NCBI GenBank assembly: GCA_001782235.1
Contig: MFOC01000007.1
Location: 13,094-77,093 of the forward strand
Reading direction: 5' to 3'
Origin: Candidatus Levybacteria bacterium RIFCSPHIGHO2_02_FULL_40_18
Lineage (GTDB): Bacteria; Patescibacteriota; Microgenomatia; Levybacterales; GWA1-39-11
DNA: 64,000 nt
The notes under the pieces were generated by a model that saw only the letters and a program-made list of their open reading frames with translations, made no database searches and was not told the DNA's origin. This document shows positions 19,462 through 28,295 of the stretch, piece by piece; positions within the stretch are counted from its first letter, which is position 1; every line of letters begins with the position of its first letter. Both the position numbers and the translations under genes were made by a program.

Positions 19462-20165
19462 TCATTTATTGACCTTCTGCAACAATGCTCTTGCTAAAAT
19501 CTCTAGAGAATTAAAAACTGGCATATTAAAATCGGAAGAGAAAACCAAAGGTAATTCAGTGCACCCCAAAATAATCCCCTCCGCTCCTCGCTTCTTAAGG
19601 GCAAGGACAATTTTTGTCAAAGTTTTACTATCTTTTTCGTCTACTTTCCCCGCCAAAACCTTCCTAATTACACCCTCTATTAAGTTTAATCGCTGACTGA
19701 AGGAGAAATAAGACGAATATTAGACTTGCTTAGCGGCTTACTGTAAAGGCCGGAGCGCAAAGTAACCGGGGTTCCCATTATCCCTATCTTTTTTAATTTC
19801 GAATTTTTCACGTTCACTCCAACTTCTTCAATCATTGAAACAAAAGGAATGGAAATAGTCTCTTGCAATTTTAGGAGAAAAAGATGAGCTGCATTACAAG
19901 CGATAGATATTTTTTTTATTTTTGCAGCTTCAAATATCGCTATTTTATCTTTTAGAACCCTAAAAGCCTTTTTTGTTTTCTTCTTGTCTGAACTCAAATC
20001 ATCTATGGGTTCGGATATGAGAACGATTTCCGGAAAATCATCTCCATTTTTCGCACCAAATTCTTTAGCGGACAAATCCACAATTAGCTTCACCAAATGG
20101 GCTGAGGCTTGAGGTCCCATTCCACCTATAATCCCAACTGACGTTTTTAAATTTATATTTTTCAT
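19462..20165 (-). pseudogene. Aspartate/glutamate racemase family gene split by a frameshift: N-terminal part 19686-20165, C-terminal part 19462-19656
   Basis: N-terminal piece has GIIGGMGPQAS; C-terminal piece has GIILGCTELPL. These are the two conserved Asp/Glu racemase motifs. The pieces are in different frames with stop codons in the ~30-nt gap. Confidence 0.55.
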
Positions 20166-20416
20166 AATTTAGACACAAAAAAACTCGCCGGTTGGCGAGC
20201 TGTTTTTAGAAATTTGAAATCGATGCACAAACACTCTCCAACCGAAAGGTTAGTTAGCTTTGTACCAATAAGATTTCATGAATTTCATGTTCTGAAAGAA
20301 TTATAGCTTCGGGAGACTTATTTGTCAAACTAATTTTTCTACCTCTATTTGACTGTTCACCACCAAACAGCCTAACAAGTATGCCTATATTGTTTTTAAA
20401 GCTCTCTAGGATTATA

Positions 20417-21667
20417 ATGCCCAAAATGCTTCTACATGATGTAGTAGTTGGTAAAAGGGACTTCCAGAAATTTCGAGGTGTGATAGAGAACGGCCTCTTC
20501 GACGACATTATTCGTCTTTCTAAAAAGCTTCGTAATAAACGCGTGTTATATATAAACTCTAATCAAAACAGAGGTGGTGTTTATGAACACCTCACGAGCC
20601 TGGTTCCACTACTTAGGGATTTACACATCAAGATAGATTGGAAAGCAATTACGGAAGTGCCTGCTGATTTTTATGAAGTTACGAAATTGCTTTATAATGG
20701 CATACAAGGTATTGAGCACAATTTTACATTAAAAGAATGGAAGATTTATGAAGATTTTAACAAAAGAATTGCCAAGGAAATAGAAGATGATCCCTGGGAT
20801 TTCGTTTTAGTCCAGGATCACCAAATGCTCGGCTCCTCAATGCAGATGAATAAAAAAAGCAGGATCAAATGGATTTGGCAATCACATTCGGAGACCCACA
20901 ACCCAACCAAAAGTCTAATTAAACAGCTCCAAAAATATTTGGAACCTTATGAAGGCATAATTTTTTATTTTCCGGAATACGTAATTCCCGGGCTTAATTC
21001 TCGTAGACTAACCACTTCATCAATCGCAATAGATCCTCTAAGTGCTAAAAATAAAACTATTAGTATAGACGAGGCAAAACAAGTTGTTAAACGGTTTGGA
21101 ATAGATTTAGGTCGACCTTTTATAACTCAGGTTTCCAGGATAGATTCTTGGAAAGATTTTCCAGGAGTTGTTGACGCCTGGCTACTTGCAAAGAAACAGA
21201 TTCCTCAACTTCAGTTAGTGTTAATTGGTGCAGTAAGTTTGAATAATATTCATGCTAAGGCAATTATCGAACTAATTGAAAAGAAAGCTATGGGAGAGAA
21301 GGATTTGCATTTGCTTGTAAATCAAGTAGAGAGGAAAGATATTAAAGCGTTTCAAACAGCAAGCAATATTGTGATACAAAAATCCCTCAGAGAGGGCTTC
21401 GGTCTAACTGTGTCTGAAGCTTTATGGTCGGGCACACCCGTCATTGGGGGTAATGTAGGCGGTATTAAACACCAAATTGTTAATGGCAAGTGTGGTTATC
21501 TTGTTGGAAGCATTGAGGAATGCTACAGACGCATTGTTGAATTAATACAAAACCCTAATAAAGCCCAAGAAATGGGCCAATTTGGCAGGGAATATATAAG
21601 GAAAAACTTTCTTTTACCAAGGCTCATGCGCGACGAACTTAAGCTAATGGTTGAGCTAATGAATTAG
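20417..21667 (+). CDS. treT: Trehalose glycosyltransferring synthase (TreT-like GT4)
   Basis: Extended similarity to archaeal TreT: LYINSNQNRGGVYEHLTSLVPLLRDL…FYEVTKLLYNGIQG, PFITQVSRIDSWKDF, and REGFGLTVSEALWSGTPVIGGNVGGIKHQIVNG. Confidence 0.75.
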   Translation: MPKMLLHDVVVGKRDFQKFRGVIENGLFDDIIRLSKKLRNKRVLYINSNQNRGGVYEHLTSLVPLLRDLHIKIDWKAITEVPADFYEVTKLLYNGIQGIEHNFTLKEWKIYEDFNKRIAKEIEDDPWDFVLVQDHQMLGSSMQMNKKSRIKWIWQSHSETHNPTKSLIKQLQKYLEPYEGIIFYFPEYVIPGLNSRRLTTSSIAIDPLSAKNKTISIDEAKQVVKRFGIDLGRPFITQVSRIDSWKDFPGVVDAWLLAKKQIPQLQLVLIGAVSLNNIHAKAIIELIEKKAMGEKDLHLLVNQVERKDIKAFQTASNIVIQKSLREGFGLTVSEALWSGTPVIGGNVGGIKHQIVNGKCGYLVGSIEECYRRIVELIQNPNKAQEMGQFGREYIRKNFLLPRLMRDELKLMVELMN

Positions 21668-21669
21668 CA

Positions 21670-22728
21670 TTATTGAAGTTTTGTTACTTTAGCAAGTAAC
21701 TTGTGTGGGTCAACCACTCTGGGACTGGCCTCGAATTCTTTAATGCGTGACATATCACAACTGACAGTGAGGCGTCTCTGCCAACGGTCAGTACCATCGT
21801 ATTTCGGATAATCTTCTTCACTGTAAGGTGCGCGGCCATGTAGTACTCGACGATTATCAAAGACGACAACTTCGCCGGCTTTTGCCCCCACAAGTACTCT
21901 CTGCCCGTTAACATGGTCCGTAAACTCATTCAGCGCATGTACTTGATCAGGTTCGTACGCTTCTAGATTGAGTCTACTCGTGTTCAGTCTAACCCATGGG
22001 TCGCTGTTTGGACCGTAAATTACCGAAACAGGCTTACCTAGATTATTTCTTGCTCCTCCTTGCATTGTGTTTGTTTGATTAAAAAACCATTTTTCTGATA
22101 AAAGGTTGCGTGTGGATGGAGAAATTTGGTCCCAATCCGGTATCGCAAGGATTGTTGGAACACGTTTGTCATTTCTGAAGAAATGTAATGTAAGAAAGTC
22201 TGGACTAATATCAAAACCTTCTCCTAGATTGAAAGAAGCATCTTCTACGTGTAGTCCGAGTTCATATCTTGCATTACCGCTATGACCGATTGCATCCGCG
22301 TATTCCTCAACAGGGATAATATTGTTGTGAATTACACCTTCTTGTTGAGTTGTGTAACCGTATCCGTACCAATCAACTAAAGAAACAAGTAATCCTCTGT
22401 AAATATCGGGGTCATAAATATTTTGATTTCCTTCATTTATCTTATATTCTGTTGGTGTAGGGCCAATATTCTTAACTGAATCAGGCCCCAAGTCAAAAAT
22501 AGCGACTTTTGCCCCGCCATGCGTAGACATTCCTTCTAGAAAATCTGTTACTTGACCTACTCTAGCTTTGAGAATTAATCCTCTTTGTCGGAGTTCGTCT
22601 AAAAACGTTGCTTCTGTGAATCGTGGAATACTTGCCCTTATGTCGTTGGCTTCGTTTTGTAAGGCGGATCGCTCGGGTTCATCAAGCTTTATCGAAACTA
22701 CACCGGGACGAAGTTCTGCTGATTGCAT
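21670..22728 (-). CDS. TauD/TfdA-family (clavaminate-synthase-like) Fe(II)/2-oxoglutarate-dependent dioxygenase
   Basis: HVED facial-triad-like motif and the C-terminal VVFDNRRVLHGR motif typical of the family. GC content is slightly above the local background. Confidence 0.5.
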   Translation of the reverse strand: MQSAELRPGVVSIKLDEPERSALQNEANDIRASIPRFTEATFLDELRQRGLILKARVGQVTDFLEGMSTHGGAKVAIFDLGPDSVKNIGPTPTEYKINEGNQNIYDPDIYRGLLVSLVDWYGYGYTTQQEGVIHNNIIPVEEYADAIGHSGNARYELGLHVEDASFNLGEGFDISPDFLTLHFFRNDKRVPTILAIPDWDQISPSTRNLLSEKWFFNQTNTMQGGARNNLGKPVSVIYGPNSDPWVRLNTSRLNLEAYEPDQVHALNEFTDHVNGQRVLVGAKAGEVVVFDNRRVLHGRAPYSEEDYPKYDGTDRWQRRLTVSCDMSRIKEFEASPRVVDPHKLLAKVTKLQ

Positions 22729-22776
22729 GATTAGTAAATTTCCTTAGGCACATTCTAATTTTCGTGTCGCCATTTG

Positions 22777-24165
22777 TCAAGAGGAGCTTAGATTTTCCAC
22801 CTCTTTTTTGAATTGTTCTCCCCGCTCTTTGTAATTTTTAAACATATTAAAGCTAGCTGCGCCGGGAGACATAAGGCAAATTTTCCCCGGGTTTGTATGT
22901 TCATAAGCTGTCAGAACAGCTTCCTTCATTGAAGCTACATCAAACTTCTTTGGCCTCAAGCTTTCATTAGGTACCTCCACACATAACGACTCCCAAATCT
23001 TTTCTCCGGTTGCAGGAAATAGAATTAGTGTACGAATTTTCGAATCCGACAGATACTTTCCAAGTTCTCTATAATCAAGGTCACGATCATATCCACCGGC
23101 AATTAATGTTTCAACATCCTCCCCGAGCGCCTCAATCCCTTCTATTACGGCCTCGGGGATTGTTGCAAGTGAGTCATTATAGAATTTAATTCCATGATGC
23201 TCTCCCACAAACTCCAGTCTATGCTCAAGACCTTTGAAGTTTTTAAGAACAGTAATTATAGTCTGCGCGTGCGCTCCAGCAATGGTCGCGGCAAGAATTG
23301 CGGCGCAAACGTTCTCAAGATTATGCTTCCCGGCAAGAAGTACCTCTGATGTAGGCATAATTTGCTCTTCCCGTGTGCCAATTTTAAGCCAAATATAGCC
23401 ATCTCTTACAAAGCATCCTTGCTCAACTTGCTGTTCTCGGCTAACACAGTAAAGCTGCCCATGTGTATGGACATCACTCTCATTTGATGCAGGATAATCT
23501 TTATTGAGAATTGCAAAATCATCCGGTCCTTGATAGCGTAAGATGTTTCTTTTTGCTTCTATATACTCATTTATGTCACGGTGGTAATCCAAATGTTCGC
23601 TTGTAACCATCAAAAACACGGCAATTTGAGGGCTTTTATTCAAATCCTGTAATTGGAAGCTTGATAGTTCTAAAACTACCTTAGAATCGATTTTAAGGTC
23701 GTTTAGAAAATCTAAGGGCGGTTTTCCCACATTGCCACCTAAATACGCATCTATCCCCCCACTTTTAAGCATTTCGTAAATAAGAGTTGCAGTCGTACTT
23801 TTCCCCTTTGTGCCCGTAACACCAATAATTTTGCATGGGCACAAGTCAAAAAAGATTTTCGTGGAACTTGTTATCTCTTTTCCTTCAGATTTTGCCTTTT
23901 CTATCACGTTTGATGAGAGCCTAATTCCGGGAGAACGAACCACCAAATCAAAATTTTCAAATGTCCTAGGATATGAATCAAACATAAAAGAGACCCCCTT
24001 GTTCTCAAAATCGGAAATTTTCTCCTCCTCAAACTTGTCACGAGAACGAACATCTACAACAAACGCCTTTGCACCGTTCTCAAGCAGAAAATTCGTAGTG
24101 CTCTCCCCTTCCAAGCCAAACCCCAAAATAACTACGTTTTTATTCTTAAAGTCCTCTTTTTTCAT
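22777..24165 (-). CDS. murD: UDP-N-acetylmuramoyl-L-alanine--D-glutamate ligase
   Basis: N-terminal VVILGFGLEGESTT and Mur ligase P-loop GVTGTKGKSTTATLIYEML; 462 aa. Confidence 0.88.
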   Translation of the reverse strand: MKKEDFKNKNVVILGFGLEGESTTNFLLENGAKAFVVDVRSRDKFEEEKISDFENKGVSFMFDSYPRTFENFDLVVRSPGIRLSSNVIEKAKSEGKEITSSTKIFFDLCPCKIIGVTGTKGKSTTATLIYEMLKSGGIDAYLGGNVGKPPLDFLNDLKIDSKVVLELSSFQLQDLNKSPQIAVFLMVTSEHLDYHRDINEYIEAKRNILRYQGPDDFAILNKDYPASNESDVHTHGQLYCVSREQQVEQGCFVRDGYIWLKIGTREEQIMPTSEVLLAGKHNLENVCAAILAATIAGAHAQTIITVLKNFKGLEHRLEFVGEHHGIKFYNDSLATIPEAVIEGIEALGEDVETLIAGGYDRDLDYRELGKYLSDSKIRTLILFPATGEKIWESLCVEVPNESLRPKKFDVASMKEAVLTAYEHTNPGKICLMSPGAASFNMFKNYKERGEQFKKEVENLSSS

Positions 24166-25481
24166 TATGGAATAATTGATTTGAATTCATCCGGAATTTT
24201 ATCTTCTGATGACGGCCCGAGCAATTGCTCCGAACTCTTTTCAATTACTTGAAATTCTTGATTAAACTTCTCATAAAACATTTTAAAGACCGGAGTTTCA
24301 TTGTAAGAACCCTTTTTATAGGCAAGGAGTAAGGCAAGTTTTACCTCTTCAGGGGTTCCTACACAGTCAAACGGCTTAACATCTCTTACTCCAAGAAGTT
24401 CTTCGTAAGTTGGAATTAGGCTTTCGGACTCATAAAGATTCTTACCAAATATGCTTATTAGCTTATCCTTATCTATAAAGGCTGAAAGTAGACAAAAGAC
24501 AAAAGCACACTTTGGGCACTCTCCGCACCAAAGAATATTCGAAGGGTCTTTGAACCTGAAGTTTTTATTACAACTTGTGAAGACGTGGAAGTATTTATTA
24601 AATCTTGCAAACACTTCAGCTATCTTAATCTCGTGGTACGGACGAAGTAGTGAAAAATAAATAATGTCCGGGGTAATAAATCCAGAGATGTAATGCCGGA
24701 CAAAAGCTTCAAACTCCTCAGACTTACTCCACTGATGATTAATCTCTTCCCCCAAGTATTCAACATTACCGTAATTTGCGCTCTTCTCATTTGGCATAAT
24801 AATATATTTATAGTCAAAAAGTGCTGCTGCGAGAAGCCCTGTGAAAGCATATATAGAAGAAATCGGTATATGCCCGTTATACACATCTTCCCGTTTATGC
24901 AGCGCAAAAATCTGTGGATCAAGTTCTCGCCTGATATTTATATTCTCAATTCCCATGATTTGTGCTATTTGTCTGTGAACCTGTGTGGGATTAAGAACAA
25001 AGCCGCTGAATTCGCGGCCGTTTGACTTGAGAAGTTCACCCGCAACAGCTGAATCTTTTCCTCCACCCACACCAAGTAAGGACCTATTTTCCCTTGGCAA
25101 GGAGATCGGAGCGTCAAGGTTATCTTGATACGGAAAATTTATAAGCCTTCTATAGTTGATTTTATTTTTATAAAAAAACTCGCCTAGACCCTTTGCATAA
25201 ACGGTGTTCCAAAAATTGGCTTGATTTTGTGAAAGAGAAATTTTTGGCGTCAAAATTTCTTTCGGACAAAATAGCTTCCAATAACTTACCCCCAAGGCCA
25301 AGTGGAGACTGTCAAGGATTTTTTTGATAACGTCCGGATCGAAACCCGAAACGGGGTCGAAGGTTATTTTCTCGGTGAATTTAAATTCCTCCCAGCCGCG
25401 TTTTATTGTATAGAAAAAATTGACATACCCCTGCTCTATTTGAGCATCGTATCCCGCAAAGATAAACTCTCCACCCTGCAT
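24165..25481 (-). CDS. PP-loop superfamily ATP pyrophosphatase (QueC-like C-terminal Cys cluster), function unknown; translationally coupled to murD
   Basis: LLGVGGGKDSAVAG is an SGGxDS-type PP-loop. CGECPKC lies near the C-terminus. There is an N-terminal ~130-aa extension. Its stop codon overlaps the murD ATG (ATGA). Confidence 0.5.
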   Translation of the reverse strand: MQGGEFIFAGYDAQIEQGYVNFFYTIKRGWEEFKFTEKITFDPVSGFDPDVIKKILDSLHLALGVSYWKLFCPKEILTPKISLSQNQANFWNTVYAKGLGEFFYKNKINYRRLINFPYQDNLDAPISLPRENRSLLGVGGGKDSAVAGELLKSNGREFSGFVLNPTQVHRQIAQIMGIENINIRRELDPQIFALHKREDVYNGHIPISSIYAFTGLLAAALFDYKYIIMPNEKSANYGNVEYLGEEINHQWSKSEEFEAFVRHYISGFITPDIIYFSLLRPYHEIKIAEVFARFNKYFHVFTSCNKNFRFKDPSNILWCGECPKCAFVFCLLSAFIDKDKLISIFGKNLYESESLIPTYEELLGVRDVKPFDCVGTPEEVKLALLLAYKKGSYNETPVFKMFYEKFNQEFQVIEKSSEQLLGPSSEDKIPDEFKSIIP

Positions 25482-25543
25482 TGGTATATTATATACTTTT
25501 TTATTTCTTTCTAGCTTTATTTTATGGTAAAATTAGGCCCATT

Positions 25544-25615
25544 GGCTGGGTAGCTCAATGGTGGAGCGGTCGTTTCATAAGCGACAGGTTGTCGGTTCGA
25601 TCCCGACCCCAGCTA
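25544..25615 (+). tRNA. tRNA-Met (anticodon CAT)
   Basis: Manually folded cloverleaf: acceptor GGCTGGG/CCCAGCT; D stem GCTC/GAGC; anticodon stem GTCGT/GCGAC with loop TTCATAA; T arm GTCGG-TTCGATC-CCGAC. Confidence 0.85.
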
Positions 25616-25669
25616 CAGACTTGACAATCACGATTCTTTTTATATAAACTATCAAAGAATTTATCTTCC

Positions 25670-26044
25670 ATGGAAACTCTACTTACCGGCATTGCAAGCT
25701 TTACGCTTTTCCATATTATTTCTCACCCCAAATCACGCGTAAGTAAAAAGGTCCCATATGCTCGAATTAAAAGAGTGCAATTCCTGCCGAATTTAAGAAT
25801 AGAAGTAAAAAATAGAGTTCTTCACATCCATCACTGGATGTTATTTGCTCCTGTTTACCTTTTCACTCAAACGAAAGGCGCAGGCATTTTTCAGTCGGAT
25901 CTCCTGCAAGGCTTTTTAATAGGGGGGATTCTTCAGGGATTAATGTATAAAGACAGTTTAAAACTTATTCATTCGGCAGCAAAACCATTTGAAAAACAGG
26001 GTTATACCGCTTATCCCATCCGCCTCTTCAAAAAAATCTTCTAA
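25670..26044 (+). CDS. Hypothetical small protein
   Basis: ORF between tRNA genes; hydrophobic segments; no recognised motif. Confidence 0.3.
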   Translation: METLLTGIASFTLFHIISHPKSRVSKKVPYARIKRVQFLPNLRIEVKNRVLHIHHWMLFAPVYLFTQTKGAGIFQSDLLQGFLIGGILQGLMYKDSLKLIHSAAKPFEKQGYTAYPIRLFKKIF

Positions 26045-26124
26045 AAAGCATGCACTGAGCGAGTTAAACGCGTTGAAGTGATTGCTTCAAGCCTTGAAAT
26101 AAACTAAAATACACATACTGTCTT

Positions 26125-26200
26125 GTGCCCGTAGTTCAACGGATAGAACACCTGGTTGCGGTCCAGGCGGTTGGAGGTTCGATTCCTCTCGGGCACGCCA
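26125..26200 (+). tRNA. tRNA-Arg (anticodon GCG by manual fold), CCA encoded
   Basis: Acceptor GTGCCCG/CGGGCAC; D stem GTTC/GAAC; anticodon stem CCTGG/CCAGG with loop TTGCGGT; T arm GGAGG-TTCGATT-CCTCT; 3' GCCA. Confidence 0.8.
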
Positions 26201-26285
26201 GGAGGGTTCGCATAGAGGCCAATTGCGCGAGTTTCGAAAACTCGAGGGAGCAATCCCTTCACAGGTTCGAATCCTGTACCCTCCG
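26201..26285 (+). tRNA. tRNA-Ser (anticodon CGA), long variable arm; directly abuts the preceding tRNA-Arg
   Basis: Acceptor GGAGGGT/ACCCTCC; anticodon stem CGAGT/ACTCG with loop TTCGAAA; long variable arm; T arm ACAGG-TTCGAAT-CCTGT. Confidence 0.85.
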
Positions 26286-26449
26286 CAGGTCAGAACGATA
26301 TTTAAGAAATAGCTAATCCTATTAGCTTTAACAAGCTAACTTTTCTTTTAATCAGAAGTTCCAACGGGTTTAGCTATTCCTAAGGACATTTTTTTAAAGT
26401 TTTACAATTTTGTGCCTAATTGGTGATTTTAAACAGGTTCCAACCGAGA

Positions 26450-26926
26450 CTAACCTTGTTTAGGAGCTTGCTCAAATGCGGGTTTGTTTGGAGTAAAAGG
26501 CATCGTTCCTTCTTTGGAAATGTACGCATCATATCCGCCTTTAATTAGCAGGTCATGTTGTTGACCAACGCAAATGGCATCATATGCACCACAGACTATT
26601 ATTGGTCTTCCTTCCGGGACATTGGCTCTTTCAAAAGGGCCCGCAGTAGTGTAATCGAAGTTATGTTCTATAAAGTCTAATTCTTTGAGTAATCTTTGAC
26701 GGGTTTCCTCATCTCTTTCTTGATTGTTTTCTATTTCGCTTTTATGAACAACTACATAAAATGGTGATTTGTCTTTAACATGACCCTCTTCATCCAAAAA
26801 CTCCTGATAAGACTTTACTAGTGGATTCTTTATTCGTTCTTTGGCTTTTTCTTCAAACTCTAATCTTTTTTTATGTTCAGCATCAGCTTCGTCAAAAAGT
26901 TTGTCAATGTCAATATCTTCGCTCAT
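26450..26926 (-). CDS. Hypothetical protein (C-terminal isochorismatase/cysteine-hydrolase-like segment)
   Basis: IIVCGAYDAICVGQQHDLLIKGGYDAYISKEG resembles the C-terminal part of the isochorismatase fold. The N-terminal half is acidic and low-complexity. Confidence 0.35.
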   Translation of the reverse strand: MSEDIDIDKLFDEADAEHKKRLEFEEKAKERIKNPLVKSYQEFLDEEGHVKDKSPFYVVVHKSEIENNQERDEETRQRLLKELDFIEHNFDYTTAGPFERANVPEGRPIIVCGAYDAICVGQQHDLLIKGGYDAYISKEGTMPFTPNKPAFEQAPKQG

Positions 26927-27007
26927 GTTTATATTATATAATACACATTGGGTCTTGTTGCTTGGGATTTGTAAAAGGTTCCAACATAGTCAACTAGGCA
27001 CCGCACG

Positions 27008-27079
27008 GCCCTTGTAGTTCAACGGATAGAATAGGGGATTCCGGATCCTCTGATGTGGGTTCGATTCCCGCCAGGGGCA
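27008..27079 (+). tRNA. tRNA-Arg (anticodon CCG)
   Basis: Acceptor GCCCTTG/CAGGGGC; anticodon stem GGGGA/TCCTC with loop TTCCGGA; T arm GTGGG-TTCGATT-CCCGC. Confidence 0.8.
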
Positions 27080-27089
27080 CCTTAATTTT

Positions 27090-27524
27090 ATGAAATTTGA
27101 GTTTTCAGCAGGAGGCGTTGTTTACAAAAAAGAGGATTCCAAAATTTATATTTTGGTTTCCCAGCATTCCCAGCATTTGGGCTGGGTTTTCCCAAAAGGA
27201 TTGATAGGTGACCATGTTAAAGAAGAAAAAAAGGAAGAAACTGCTGTCCGGGAAGTAAAAGAAGAAACGGGAGCAGAAGCGGAAATTATGGGTGAAATCA
27301 CACCAGTTACTTATTGGTATGCGTGGGAAGGGGAAAAGCGCAAGAAAACCGTCTATTATTTTGTTATGAAATTTACTGGCGGAGATATAACAGAACACGA
27401 CCATGAAATGTCTGCTGTTGAATGGCTCCCAGAAAACAAAGTTATGGAACGTCTAAGCTACAAAAGTGATAAGGATGCTTTTCTTGAGGCACTTCCTCTC
27501 ATCAAAAAGCTCGCAAAATCCTAA
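27090..27524 (+). CDS. NUDIX hydrolase
   Basis: Nudix box region …ETAVREVKEETGAEAE…; 144 aa. Confidence 0.7.
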   Translation: MKFEFSAGGVVYKKEDSKIYILVSQHSQHLGWVFPKGLIGDHVKEEKKEETAVREVKEETGAEAEIMGEITPVTYWYAWEGEKRKKTVYYFVMKFTGGDITEHDHEMSAVEWLPENKVMERLSYKSDKDAFLEALPLIKKLAKS

Positions 27525-27575
27525 CTCTTATTTTATAATTCACATACGAGCCTTATTGAAAAATGGGGAAAACCA

Positions 27576-27665
27576 GGTGGGATGTCCGAGTGGTTTAAGG
27601 AGCACGCTTGGAGAGCGTGTATGGCCGTAAGGTTATCCCGGGTTCGAATCCCGGTCCCACCGCCA
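27576..27665 (+). tRNA. tRNA-Ser (anticodon GGA), long variable arm, CCA encoded
   Basis: Acceptor GGTGGGA/TCCCACC; anticodon stem CACGC/GCGTG with loop TTGGAGA; T arm CCGGG-TTCGAAT-CCCGG; 3' GCCA. Confidence 0.85.
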
Positions 27666-27666
27666 A

Positions 27667-28224
27667 TTAGGTCTTTTCAAGGGGAAAGTTGTGTGAAAGC
27701 CACTCTGCAGATTTTTCCATAAAAGTTGGGTGGACATATTCACGATATGGAAGATAGCGAACTAAAATCTTTCGAACGTGTTCACGGGGAATATCTCCTA
27801 ACGAAATCTTAAGTTCCCCAGGTAAAAACGCTTGCGTTCTCACTATCAAGACGTCCGTTCTGTCTATAAATTTAAAGTAGAAATCATAAAGCTCTGACCA
27901 TATATAAAAATAGTCTTCTACTTTAATTCCTTCGGTTGTAATTTTGTAATGGAAATTGTGCGGCGGCACACTCGATAGTACTAGTGAAAGAAAAGTCAGC
28001 GCAACAAGAACTAGCATGAGTTCATATTGACTGAATAAGAATAAAATTACTTCAAAAAGACCCAGAAGCAGAATAACGGACAGATAAAATTGCCTTCCCT
28101 TTTTTGTAAATGGACGGCCGGGCGCACTCCAGGAGAGAAGAGTCTTTACATCAAAATCGTGCTCCGTATGTTCTGAAGGTTTATGTTGCGGTTGATGTTG
28201 ATCTTGATCAGGCGCGGCCTCCAT
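27667..28224 (-). CDS. Hypothetical membrane protein
   Basis: His/Gln-rich N-terminus followed by two TM helices; its end lies 2 nt from the tRNA-Ser 3' end. Confidence 0.35.
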   Translation of the reverse strand: MEAAPDQDQHQPQHKPSEHTEHDFDVKTLLSWSAPGRPFTKKGRQFYLSVILLLGLFEVILFLFSQYELMLVLVALTFLSLVLSSVPPHNFHYKITTEGIKVEDYFYIWSELYDFYFKFIDRTDVLIVRTQAFLPGELKISLGDIPREHVRKILVRYLPYREYVHPTFMEKSAEWLSHNFPLEKT

Positions 28225-28295
28225 ACTCTAATAATGCACCAAAACGACCACAGAATCAAGTGGTTCGAAAACTCTGGCCCGCCGAGTGTTCTGGA

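Noticed and set aside
20254-20508. 84-aa minus-strand ORF
   Set aside because: It sits in the divergent promoter region and overlaps the 5' end of treT. No motif; likely spurious.
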